64,000 bases of DNA from a virus: IMG/VR virus record IMGVR_UViG_3300042691_041718, positions 122,466 to 186,465 of that record, one strand, 5' to 3'. Under the pieces are notes generated by a model, which searched no databases, was not told the origin of the DNA, and saw only the letters and a list, made by a program, of their open reading frames with translations. Within the stretch, counting starts at the first letter, position 1. Each line of letters begins with the position of its first letter. Positions 39,117-48,570 of this stretch are shown piece by piece. The translations under genes were made by a program, and so were the position numbers.

Positions 39117-42100
39117 TTATATGAAATTTGTATTTGTAAAATCAGTAAATCTAGCTGCTTTACTTGATAATATATCAAAATCTGTATTTACACCTCTTTG
39201 TATATAAGGAGCGATGTTTAAGTCTGGTTGATAATTAATTACTTTACTTCTGTTTATATTAAACTTAATTGTAAACGTAAACTCTTTACCATCAGCCTCA
39301 TTATCAAGTAAAAATTTAACTTTTTTAACGTGTTTAACAGTATTTCTTGTTTTGTTCAAATTTATGTATTGGTAATTTAAACCAGGTTGGTTGTTATCCA
39401 AAGCATTCATTTTAAAATAAATATTAATTGGTATTATAACAGAATTAGCTTCTCCAGGTGAAATACTTTTAACTTGATCAGAATTTGTTTCAACAATGTT
39501 TTCTAATTTTTTAATAACTGGATGAACAGATGTTAATAATTTAGTTGTTGAGTTAACCGATACCGCTCTATCTATCCACTTAGATCTATCTAAAACAGAT
39601 TTATTATTACCAACAAAATTCAAAGGTGTTGTTTCATAATATCCTAAGTTAAATTCAGTAGATCCCAAAACAGATGTTAAAGAGTTATTACCAATATTAT
39701 TAAATGTATTACCAATATTTTCAGAAAGCTTTTGAACGGAGTTTGATGTAATTGAATCGTAATTAACACTCCAAAGATACTGATAGTTTAACTGAGTTCT
39801 TGTTTGTCCTGTTGTTTCAGTTGTAATCAACTCATCTCTATCATTTACCCAAAATATTTGTGGTGCACTTGAGTTATAAACAGAAGCATTATTCAAATAT
39901 GTTTTATTTGAAAGTAATCCAAGTGGTGAGTCAGCTGATTTATTTCTTAATTTAACAAGAAAATCTTTAATAACATAAATATTATTAGCATAAACTCTAC
40001 CAGTTGGTATACCAGTTCCTTTAAATAATTGTAAATAATCTTCACACTCAATATTGAATGTTATTTCTGTACCATTTTTAACAGGATATTCTTGGTTATT
40101 TCTAAGTACAACAACTTCAAGTTCACCCTTAGCTCTTGTAATTTTTTCTTCAAGTGTTTTAATTCTATTTTCAAGTTTTTGTAAATACTCAAATAAATCT
40201 AAAGCTACTCCATTCTCATCTTTAAATCCAGATAATATTTTATCAGAATCGTGATGAAAGATTTTATTATTTATAGTAACTGTATCAGAAAGGTGTTCAT
40301 CTAAACCTTTAGCTGATAACTCTCTATTCATAGAAACTTTTAAATCTTCTTTGGTAGCCTCTTGTAAAATAAATTGATTTTCATTTAAAACATTATTTAA
40401 ATCATCCGGAAAATCAACAGTTAATACTTCCGACCATTCAGACTCAACTGGTGATTCAGGCCATCCAACTTCTGAAATAGATTTAACTCTAATTTCTACT
40501 CTCTCATTAGCTCTAATTGGAATATCTATTTGGTTAATATTTGGTGTATCAGCACTTGTAACATCTTCTATTTGCCAAGTATATCCACCAGTAGCAGCGT
40601 CAAAAACTCGTTTTCTAGCATCTGTTTTAAACTCATTCCAATTTGAGAAAGCTGCTGTTGTTTGTGTATTATCTAATGAGAAAGTTTCAACCGGTGTTTC
40701 TTTACCATCCTTACTTAAATATCTATATTGAACTCTAAATTGTACAATTTCTTGTGGTTTAGTACTTCTAGTGATTACAGCTTCTGGTATACTCCAAAAA
40801 CCTCTAATTCTAAATACAGGTTGAACTTCACTAAAACTTGTTCTACTAAGATCTAAAATTTCTCTCGTAGTGGAATTTAATAAGTTAGATATACTATCTC
40901 TTTTTCTACCCAATTCTTCTATTTCAAATTGAGCTTCTACTCTTAGAGATTCTGATTTAAATCTTGATACTTTAGAAGTTCTATTTCTAGATATAATACC
41001 TTTAGATATTTGCTCTAATTGAGATTTTAAACTTTGTTGATAATTATGTTTTTGTTTAATCAAATTAGCATCTGGTGTATCAGTTAAATGTTTATTTATT
41101 TGAACTACTTTAAAGTTAGTCGCATTAAGAGTAGGTGATACCGGAGTACCAGCCAATTTATTAGGTGTTTTCTTAGCAACTAAATCTTGTAAAACTGTTC
41201 CATAATCATAAACATAGTCAATATAAAACTGCTCCATTGTTATACCATCATCTGGTGAATTAGCACTTAATCTTAAATCATTTGACCAATATCCAGTTCC
41301 AAAAGACCATTCTCTCGAAAGTAAATGATTTTCAGTATTTATTGGTTTAGCAAATATTATATTTCTTTCATTATAACCAATACTAACTCTAACAGACTTT
41401 TTATAAACAATTGGTGAATATATCTTCATAGTTCCAACACCAATTGGAATAGCCTCTAAACCTTCAACTCTCTCAACTCTTATTCTTGGACTAGTATCAG
41501 CTGTTGATATCTCAGTAACTCTATACTTTGTTGATGTTTGAGCTCTGTTAACAATAAGTTCACTACCAATTTTTAATTGTTGAATTTGATTCAGAGAAAT
41601 ATCAAGATAATCTAATGTGTTTAAAACATACCAAAGTTTTCTATTAATTCTATCCTCATCAACTCTTAAAACCGAGAATTGACCTTCATACAATAATTCA
41701 TTAGGATCTAAATCAAATACTTGCTCATCAATACGTGGATTTAATGGATCCACAACACCAGGTGTTGTTCTATGCCAATTTTCAAAATCAGTAATATTAA
41801 TATTTGTATTACCTCTAAATAAAGTATTAAAACTATTTAAAGCTGATTGACCTAAGTTAGTAAAGTTTCCAGCACTATCTTTAGCAAATTCAACAATATA
41901 TCTTCTTATTTGTACTTTTCTAACATTATCTTCAATTTGACCAGTTAAGTCTAATTCAATATTTAACATCGGATTTAACATAGAGTCAAAAAACCAATTA
42001 TTTGTTGTATTAAAAGTTGTTATTGAACCTAAACTACTAATTGGATTAGGCTCTCTATTTAAGTCAACTGTTATAACTCGTTTAAATGAGTTAGGTGAAG

Positions 42101-42359
42101 TTTGAATTAGTGAACCAGTTACATCAATACTATAAAGTGAATTGATATTATTATTTAGTCTATCAATTTCAGATTTAAGTGAATTAATACTAGGTAGTGT
42201 ATAGTTTTTTAATACACCATTTTCATTAAATATTTGAAGACTTACAGTAGGATCAGTTGTTGTAGTTATCGAATTTATCTTTGATAATATATCAACAATA
42301 TTTTTATTAAAGTTTAATATCTGATCAGCTACTTTAGGAAAAGAACTTTGAATTGGCAT
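39117..42359 (-). CDS. large hypothetical virion structural protein (1080 aa, baseplate/tail candidate)
   Basis: Long ORF with coiled coils and FnIII-like segments (VQFRVQYRY, VRVKSISEVGWP); late motif TAATATATAC upstream. Confidence 0.7.
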   Translation of the reverse strand: MPIQSSFPKVADQILNFNKNIVDILSKINSITTTTDPTVSLQIFNENGVLKNYTLPSINSLKSEIDRLNNNINSLYSIDVTGSLIQTSPNSFKRVITVDLNREPNPISSLGSITTFNTTNNWFFDSMLNPMLNIELDLTGQIEDNVRKVQIRRYIVEFAKDSAGNFTNLGQSALNSFNTLFRGNTNINITDFENWHRTTPGVVDPLNPRIDEQVFDLDPNELLYEGQFSVLRVDEDRINRKLWYVLNTLDYLDISLNQIQQLKIGSELIVNRAQTSTKYRVTEISTADTSPRIRVERVEGLEAIPIGVGTMKIYSPIVYKKSVRVSIGYNERNIIFAKPINTENHLLSREWSFGTGYWSNDLRLSANSPDDGITMEQFYIDYVYDYGTVLQDLVAKKTPNKLAGTPVSPTLNATNFKVVQINKHLTDTPDANLIKQKHNYQQSLKSQLEQISKGIISRNRTSKVSRFKSESLRVEAQFEIEELGRKRDSISNLLNSTTREILDLSRTSFSEVQPVFRIRGFWSIPEAVITRSTKPQEIVQFRVQYRYLSKDGKETPVETFSLDNTQTTAAFSNWNEFKTDARKRVFDAATGGYTWQIEDVTSADTPNINQIDIPIRANERVEIRVKSISEVGWPESPVESEWSEVLTVDFPDDLNNVLNENQFILQEATKEDLKVSMNRELSAKGLDEHLSDTVTINNKIFHHDSDKILSGFKDENGVALDLFEYLQKLENRIKTLEEKITRAKGELEVVVLRNNQEYPVKNGTEITFNIECEDYLQLFKGTGIPTGRVYANNIYVIKDFLVKLRNKSADSPLGLLSNKTYLNNASVYNSSAPQIFWVNDRDELITTETTGQTRTQLNYQYLWSVNYDSITSNSVQKLSENIGNTFNNIGNNSLTSVLGSTEFNLGYYETTPLNFVGNNKSVLDRSKWIDRAVSVNSTTKLLTSVHPVIKKLENIVETNSDQVKSISPGEANSVIIPINIYFKMNALDNNQPGLNYQYINLNKTRNTVKHVKKVKFLLDNEADGKEFTFTIKFNINRSKVINYQPDLNIAPYIQRGVNTDFDILSSKAARFTDFTNTNFI

Positions 42360-42422
42360 CTTATTCTATTTGATTTTTTAGTATATATTAAAAAAATGCT
42401 TTCTTTCATGTAAAATTTTTCA

Positions 42423-42430
42423 TATATTTG
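42423..42430 (+). promoter_or_regulatory. Bacteroidota-type -7 element
   Basis: TATATTTG 4 nt before ATG 42435; a second TATATTTG at 42669-42676 lies before ligA. Confidence 0.55.
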
Positions 42431-42434
42431 TAGA

Positions 42435-42656
42435 ATGAAGAATTTATTTGATAAAGCTAAAAGTAAAAAAGAAGAGTCATTCTGTCTTTATTGTAAATCT
42501 AGTTTTATACCAGATAAAAGAAATTTGAAAAGAGGATGGGGGCTTTGTTGTTCAAAGTCTTGCGCAGCTTCATATAAAACTAAACTAAAACACTTAAAAG
42601 GAGTAGAAAAGATTAGAGAAACTAGAGATTATAAATTAAATCAATTAAGAATTTAA
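42435..42656 (+). CDS. small zinc-finger protein with a C-terminal RD motif
   Basis: FCLYC...CCSKSC; ends TRDYKLNQLRI. Confidence 0.7.
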   Translation: MKNLFDKAKSKKEESFCLYCKSSFIPDKRNLKRGWGLCCSKSCAASYKTKLKHLKGVEKIRETRDYKLNQLRI

Positions 42657-42680
42657 TAATAATTTTATTATATTTGTATT

Positions 42681-44549
42681 ATGATAGAACAATTAAAGAA
42701 TAAGATTAAAGAAGCAAACGAGGCATATAGAATTGGAAAACCAATTATGTCTGATAAAGAATATGATATTCTTGTAGAAGAGTTATCTGATATGTCACCA
42801 GATGATGAATTGTTATCTGTTGTAGGACATGAAATTCTTGACGAAACGAGAAAAACTCGTCTACCTATTCCAATGGCTTCTATGAACAAAATTAAGTCTT
42901 TAGAAGAAATTAAAGACTGGCAACGTCTTAAACTTATCCCAAACTCTGTTGAAATTATCTGTACACCTAAATATGATGGTCTTTCTTTATGTAAAGATGA
43001 AGAAAACAACGGTGATGCTATCACTCGTGGAGATGGTGTTTATGGTCAAAAATCAAATGAACACTATAAACTTATAGGAAACAAGTTATATGACATTGAA
43101 AATGATATAGATCCTTTCGCACCTATTACTTTCTCACATAGTTATGGTGAAGTTATTATGCCTAAACGAGTATTTATCGATAAATACTCAAATGATTATG
43201 CTAACCCAAGAAACTTCGTGGCTGGTCTTATCAACTCACCAGATGCGAGAGAAGCTTTAAAAGATTGTAACTTTATTAAATATGGTGCTATTCCATCATC
43301 AAAATTCAGAAATCATTTCACCACTAAACAACAAATATTAGATGAATTAAATGAGAATCAAAAAGTAAAAGTACCTTATCATGTTTGTGGCATTTTAGAT
43401 TTAACAGAAGAATTACTTATCTCTTTATTTAAAGAATGGTCTGAAGAATATGAGATTGATGGTATTATCTTAGAGGTAAATAACTTAGCAACACAATCAT
43501 CATTAGGTCGTGAAACTTCATCAGGTAACCCAGTATTCGCAAGAGCATTCAAACACCCAAGTTTCGAGCAATCAGCTGAAACAGAAGTAATTGGTATTAC
43601 TTGGAATATTTCTAAACAAGGTTTATTAAAACCGGTATTACATATCAAACCTGTTAAATTAGACGGAGTTACTGTATCTAATGTAACTGGTAATAACGCT
43701 CGTTTCGTAAAAGATATGGGATTGGGAGTTGGTGCTAAAGTTGTTGTTAAACGTAGTGGTATGGTTATTCCAATTATTGCTGACGTATTAGAAACAGTTG
43801 AATTTGTTTTACCAACTATCGAAGGTGTTGAGATTGATTGGAATGAGGCTGGTATTGAGTTAATCACATTAACTGAAACAGAAGAGCAAAAATTAAAAAA
43901 GAATATCGCTTTCTTTGAGATATTAGAAGCTGATAATGTTTCAGAAGGTGTTATCACACAATTGTGGGATGCTGGTTATAAAACTATTAAAGATATTTTA
44001 AATCTTAAAGTAGAAAACTTAGAAAAGATTGATCGTTTTGGTAAACGTAAAGCTAAAATTGTTTATGACTCAATTCAAAAGTCTATCACTGGTGTTCAAT
44101 TATCTAAATTACAACACGCTACTGGCATCTTCTCTGGATTAGGAAGTAAAAAGTTAGCTCTGTTAGAACACTTCAATGAAAAACCTACTGTTGGAAAAGT
44201 TATGGAAATTGAAGGATTTGCTGAGATTTCTGCTAAAACTTATGTTGATAATTATGATAAGTTCTTCGAGTTTATTTCTGATTTACCAGTTACTATTTCT
44301 GAGAAAGTTGAAGTAGTACAAGTTTCTAATGACTTAGAAGGTAAGCAGTTTGTATTCACAGGAGTTCGTCGAAAAGAATTAGAAGAGGTTATTGAATCTC
44401 GTGGTGGTAAAATTGGTGGTAGTGTTAGTAAAAACACAACACACTTAGTTATGAAAGCGATTGGTTCTGGTTCTTCTAAAGAGAAAAAGGCTCTTGATTT
44501 GGGAGTAGAAGTTATTACTGTTGAACAATTAGAGGATCTATTAAAATAA
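42681..44549 (+). CDS. ligA: NAD-dependent DNA ligase
   Basis: AYRIGKPIMSDKEYD, TPKYDGLS (KxDG), TRGDG..G, ANPRNFVAG, IDGII, OB domain, HhH repeats and a C-terminal BRCT domain. Confidence 0.95.
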   Translation: MIEQLKNKIKEANEAYRIGKPIMSDKEYDILVEELSDMSPDDELLSVVGHEILDETRKTRLPIPMASMNKIKSLEEIKDWQRLKLIPNSVEIICTPKYDGLSLCKDEENNGDAITRGDGVYGQKSNEHYKLIGNKLYDIENDIDPFAPITFSHSYGEVIMPKRVFIDKYSNDYANPRNFVAGLINSPDAREALKDCNFIKYGAIPSSKFRNHFTTKQQILDELNENQKVKVPYHVCGILDLTEELLISLFKEWSEEYEIDGIILEVNNLATQSSLGRETSSGNPVFARAFKHPSFEQSAETEVIGITWNISKQGLLKPVLHIKPVKLDGVTVSNVTGNNARFVKDMGLGVGAKVVVKRSGMVIPIIADVLETVEFVLPTIEGVEIDWNEAGIELITLTETEEQKLKKNIAFFEILEADNVSEGVITQLWDAGYKTIKDILNLKVENLEKIDRFGKRKAKIVYDSIQKSITGVQLSKLQHATGIFSGLGSKKLALLEHFNEKPTVGKVMEIEGFAEISAKTYVDNYDKFFEFISDLPVTISEKVEVVQVSNDLEGKQFVFTGVRRKELEEVIESRGGKIGGSVSKNTTHLVMKAIGSGSSKEKKALDLGVEVITVEQLEDLLK

Positions 44550-44595
44550 TAGATAGTATCAAATAGATAATTCTAAGGTAAGGTGAAATGAACAA

Positions 44596-44622
44596 CCCAT
44601 ATCTTAATATATAAGATATGGG
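44596..44622 (+). promoter_or_regulatory. perfect 11-bp hairpin burying the AUG of the LAGLIDADG gene, with the late motif across the loop
   Basis: CCCATATCTTA-ATATA-TAAGATATGGG. Confidence 0.8.
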
Positions 44623-45409
44623 AAAGAAAAAACAAATTGATGAAAAAGAGATTATTAGACTTTATACCGAAGAGAATTTTAGTGCTAGTAAAATAGGAAG
44701 ACTTTTTAATGTTGATGTCGCTACTATAACAAACAGGTTAAAAGTTAATAATATTGAGGTTAAAAAGACTCATAGAAAATATTTGATAAACAAAGATTAT
44801 TTTGAAGTAATAGATTCGGAAGATAAAGCTTATTGGTTGGGTTTTTTGATGGCTGATGGTTATAATAGTGGTAAGTTTATTAGAGTGGATATACAAGATG
44901 AGGGACATTTGGAAAAATTGAGAGATAAAATTTATGTAAATTGTGATATGCCGGTTAGAAAAAAGAAAAATATAATAAACGGTAAAGATATTTTTTATCT
45001 AACAATACAAGATAAAAAGTTATTATCTGATGTTGATTGTTTAGGATTAGTTAAGAGAAAAAGCAAAATTGTTACTTATCCAAATATAGATTCGGAATTT
45101 GATAGATTTTTTATAAAAGGTATTTTTGATGGTGATGGTTGTTTGACTTACTCAATGGATAAAAATTATAGAAGATATACTTTTTCCATTGTTGGTTCTT
45201 ATGATTTGATGAAGACTTTACAATTAATACTTTCTAAAAATAATGTTAATATTAAATTAAGAAAAATGAAGTCGATATATTCAGTTTATCTAAGAGGTAA
45301 TAGACAAATAATTAAGGTTTTAGATTGGTTGTATGATGAAACAACCACTCATTTAGATAGAAAATATGAAAAATATCAAGATATGTTAAATTACTATAAA
45401 AATAAATAA
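44618..45409 (+). mobile_element. LAGLIDADG homing endonuclease
   Basis: KAYWLGFLMADG and FFIKGIFDGDG motifs; N-terminal HTH. Confidence 0.9.
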
Positions 45410-45410
45410 T

Positions 45411-45911
45411 GTGGGGTGTGATTGTCATTTTTTTGTAGAGAGGTGGACAGATTCTAATGATTATGAAGGTCCAAGAGATCTTTCAGAAGAAAGAGATTTG
45501 AGATTAAATCAGATTTTAGATGAAAGTCCATCTCATTTTAGATGGGTATCTGCTGATAGTTGGGAGATAGAAACTGATGGATTTAATGAGTATTGGAACA
45601 CCTTATATGAAGAACGTTTTTATTCTGGTAGAAACTACTCTTTATTTTCAATATTAGCTGATGTTAGAGGTTACGGAGAATATAATGCTATCTCAGATCC
45701 AAGAGGAATTCCAAAAGATGCTTCTTTTGGATATAAGTATATGTGTGAACAATGGAATGGTGACGGTCACTCACACTCATACTTTACTTTAAAAGAGTTA
45801 TTAGAGTATGATTGGACTGATTTTCCAAATTTTAAATCCACTTTGGATAAAATGAGTAAGTTGGATACAAATCCATCTTTTGTTAGATGTTGTTTCTTTT
45901 TTGATAATTAG
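45411..45911 (+). CDS. conserved phage hypothetical protein
   Basis: MGCDCH...RNYSLFSILADVR...PRGIPKD...HSHSYFTLKEL; internal ERDLRLNQILD. Confidence 0.75.
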   Translation: MGCDCHFFVERWTDSNDYEGPRDLSEERDLRLNQILDESPSHFRWVSADSWEIETDGFNEYWNTLYEERFYSGRNYSLFSILADVRGYGEYNAISDPRGIPKDASFGYKYMCEQWNGDGHSHSYFTLKELLEYDWTDFPNFKSTLDKMSKLDTNPSFVRCCFFFDN

Positions 45912-45912
45912 T

Positions 45913-46494
45913 ATGAAATTTAAAATTGAAAATAATCAAGAGTTTAGGATCTTACCGATATGGAACGGTCAGAGTTTTGACTTGAATATATCGACAAGAT
46001 ACGTCTATATTGATAGTAAAATATACTATGATTTAGATGGTAAACTATCAAATAAAATTTGGCTTTACAAAAGAGAATTTGATAATTCTAAAATCGCATC
46101 TAAAGTTAAGAGTATTGGAACTAGATATTTCTATTCAGTTATTCTTAATGGTGAGATTGGTTATATAGAAGTTGGTAAGTCACTAAATGATATAATAACA
46201 AACGAGTTTGTGAATAAAAGTCCACAAGATGTTATAACTGGTAGAAAATTGAGTATATCAGAAAAATATGTAAATAATATTTATCCAGATTATAAAAATT
46301 CATTTTTTTCGGATTGTGATAAATTAGATATAGACTTAGAAGATATTAAGAGAAATCAGTTTAATTTCTTTGAATATATAAATAAAATGAGTATTTTATC
46401 GAACCGACATCTTATTGACTCGGATATAAATACTATGCTTTCTCATTTCATTGGTGAGATAAGAGACGAAAAAATAGATAAAATTTTAAATTAA
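45913..46494 (+). CDS. hypothetical protein with a C-terminal RD motif
   Basis: ATG at 45913 is the likely start; ends IRDEKIDKILN. Confidence 0.65.
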   Translation: MKFKIENNQEFRILPIWNGQSFDLNISTRYVYIDSKIYYDLDGKLSNKIWLYKREFDNSKIASKVKSIGTRYFYSVILNGEIGYIEVGKSLNDIITNEFVNKSPQDVITGRKLSISEKYVNNIYPDYKNSFFSDCDKLDIDLEDIKRNQFNFFEYINKMSILSNRHLIDSDINTMLSHFIGEIRDEKIDKILN

Positions 46495-46499
46495 GTAAT

Positions 46500-46721
46500 A
46501 TGACACACAATGAGTACACGGTTGCTATCAATGTAGTTGAGGAGCACCACCAATTAGGAACAATTGAAAAATATTCGACCGTTGTTTTAGTTGAGGCTGA
46601 TGGGATTGGACAAGCTGAACAACTTGTTTTCGACCATTTTGAACACATGGATAATGAGAACATCATCACTCACACAGTAGAGATTATCAAAACAATACCA
46701 AAAATACATTTTCATAAATAA
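46500..46721 (+). CDS. hypothetical protein
   Basis: 73-aa ORF translationally coupled to the next gene (TAATG). Confidence 0.6.
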   Translation: MTHNEYTVAINVVEEHHQLGTIEKYSTVVLVEADGIGQAEQLVFDHFEHMDNENIITHTVEIIKTIPKIHFHK

Positions 46722-47107
46722 TGAGTGTAAATCCACCAAATATCAATATAAACATTGATGAGCTTAATAAACTCAAAAATGGTCCTCATGAGGTAACAGT
46801 ACAATCATATACTAGATCTGAAATAAGATTAATTGAGACCGTTGATGAATTGGTTGAGTTAATAGTGGATAAAAAGTATGATATTGAATCCAAAATAAAA
46901 GAGATTGGATATGATATAAATAATCTTACAGATATTGATATTTATGACGTTATAGATCTTATTATGAAAATGGAAAAAGATTTAGATGTATCTATATCTG
47001 ATGGAGTAATGGAAGATGATCATTTTGATGACTTTTTACGAAAAGTTTATTCAATGATTATTTCAAAAAGAAGAGATGAAAAATTAGGTGATTTAGGAAT
47101 TAATTAA
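46721..47107 (+). CDS. acyl-carrier-protein-like protein lacking the pantetheinylated Ser, with a C-terminal RD motif
   Basis: LIVDK...DIYDVIDLIMKMEKDLDVSISD aligns by eye with ACP [22 protein letters not shown]. Confidence 0.55.
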   Translation: MSVNPPNININIDELNKLKNGPHEVTVQSYTRSEIRLIETVDELVELIVDKKYDIESKIKEIGYDINNLTDIDIYDVIDLIMKMEKDLDVSISDGVMEDDHFDDFLRKVYSMIISKRRDEKLGDLGIN

Positions 47108-47119
47108 AAACAAAATAAA

Positions 47120-47533
47120 ATGGAGCTAGATTTTGATAGTTGGGATGATTATGTCCCAGTTGGTGATAATGCTATTACACCAAAAGAAGTGAACAACCCA
47201 AATATTATCAACTTGAAAAAAGATGATAATATTAATTTATTGGAAATTGAAAAAGACTCATTTAATGAGATTTTTGATTATCAAAAAGAATATGATTTCA
47301 ATGAAAATGAAATTATGAGATTTAAGAAAGTTGAAACTCTCGATAATGGTATTGAAGTTTTTGAAAATGAAGACTCTTTCTTAATTAAGAAAGATGAGAA
47401 AATTTACTTTCTAAACGTTTATCAGTCAAATGGATACTATGAAGATGATAATAAATTAACCTTTACTGGTTGGGATTATAATATAATTGTGAATTTAAAC
47501 ACAATGACTGCTAAGACTAAATATGTCCGTTAA
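47120..47533 (+). CDS. hypothetical acidic protein
   Basis: 137-aa ORF. Confidence 0.65.
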   Translation: MELDFDSWDDYVPVGDNAITPKEVNNPNIINLKKDDNINLLEIEKDSFNEIFDYQKEYDFNENEIMRFKKVETLDNGIEVFENEDSFLIKKDEKIYFLNVYQSNGYYEDDNKLTFTGWDYNIIVNLNTMTAKTKYVR

Positions 47534-47559
47534 TATACAAAAAAATTTATAAAAGTAGT

Positions 47560-47587
47560 AAACTTTTTATAAATAAATAAGTATAAT
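47560..47587 (+). promoter_or_regulatory. putative phage promoter AAACTT-N16-TATAAT upstream of the sigma gene
   Basis: The same bipartite motif is found before six other genes (see findings). Confidence 0.5.
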
Positions 47588-47620
47588 ATTACTTGGTCTT
47601 CTCATAGAGGGGATTAAGTT

Positions 47621-48307
47621 ATGAATAAATATAAGGCAATGACGGCAGTCAATAAAATTTTAACGGCAATTATGAAAGAAAACATTTTATTCTCAGAACA
47701 AGAAAAGTTTTTCGTAGAAAAAACAGGTAAAGATTTTTCAACTCTTTACAAAAAGTATTATCCAAAATTAATTTATTACACTTCTAAAATGTGTAATGAT
47801 CCTCAAAAAACAGAAGACATAGCAACAGATTCGTTCTTAACAGCTTTTGAAAAGATTGATAAGTATGATGATGAAAAAGCTCAATTTTCAACTTGGCTAT
47901 TCACTATAGCTAAAAATCTTGCTCTTCAAGCAATCAAAAATGATAAAAGAAATGTATCTCTTGATACAGAGTATGATGATGAAGGTACAACAATGAAAGA
48001 TTTTATACCTGAAGATTATCAAACTAATTTAGAATTATATGAGTCTAATGATATTAAGGCTTCTATTATGATAGAACAAATATCTAAATTAAAAGAACCA
48101 TATAAAACAGTCATTGAAATGAGAGAGATTAGAAAAATGTCTTACAAAGAAATCTCTGATCAATTAGGTAAAAACCTAAGTACAATCAAATCACAAATAA
48201 GAAATGGTAGGTCAATTCTTATTGGTGAAACTAAAAACGACTTTAAGAAAATTGATGAAGTTTATGAAGGTCGTAGATGGAGAAATTGTATTGATACAGT
48301 TAAATAA
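47621..48307 (+). CDS. ECF-type (sigma-70 group 4) RNA polymerase sigma factor
   Basis: EDIATDSFLTAFEKIDKYD...FSTWLFTIAKN (region 2); L.EPYKTVIEMR...MSYKEIS..LG.NLSTIKSQIRNGR (region 4). Confidence 0.9.
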   Translation: MNKYKAMTAVNKILTAIMKENILFSEQEKFFVEKTGKDFSTLYKKYYPKLIYYTSKMCNDPQKTEDIATDSFLTAFEKIDKYDDEKAQFSTWLFTIAKNLALQAIKNDKRNVSLDTEYDDEGTTMKDFIPEDYQTNLELYESNDIKASIMIEQISKLKEPYKTVIEMREIRKMSYKEISDQLGKNLSTIKSQIRNGRSILIGETKNDFKKIDEVYEGRRWRNCIDTVK

Positions 48308-48570
48308 TGGATTTTAATATTGGTGATATAGTTATCTGTACTGGTTTTGACCGTCTTTTCAAAAAGGACAGTCAAAATCTTTTAGAGTCATTTGGTATTG
48401 ATAGAAATCAAAAATTAATGGTTTTGGATACTTTTGAAGATGGTGAAGAAAAACTTCTGATATTTGAAAACCCTTCTAAAATCCATGCTGATAAATTTTG
48501 TATAGATAAAAGTTTCTTCACAAAAGTAGAAGAAATAAGAGATAGTAAACTCATAAAACTTTTAAAATGA
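48307..48570 (+). CDS. small SH3-like hypothetical protein with a C-terminal RD motif
   Basis: FNIGDIVIC start; ends IRDSKLIKLLK. Confidence 0.65.
   Translation: MDFNIGDIVICTGFDRLFKKDSQNLLESFGIDRNQKLMVLDTFEDGEEKLLIFENPSKIHADKFCIDKSFFTKVEEIRDSKLIKLLK

Noticed and set aside
42668-44437. Minus-strand ORFs within ligA (42668-43024, 43379-43957, 44252-44437)
   Set aside because: Antisense shadows of a clearly recognisable gene. The other short overlapping track ORFs were dismissed for the same reason.
44550-45409. Group I introns around the endonuclease genes
   Set aside because: Flanking genes (ligA, NTase, primase) are complete, the spacers are too short for a ribozyme core, and no P7-like elements were seen.
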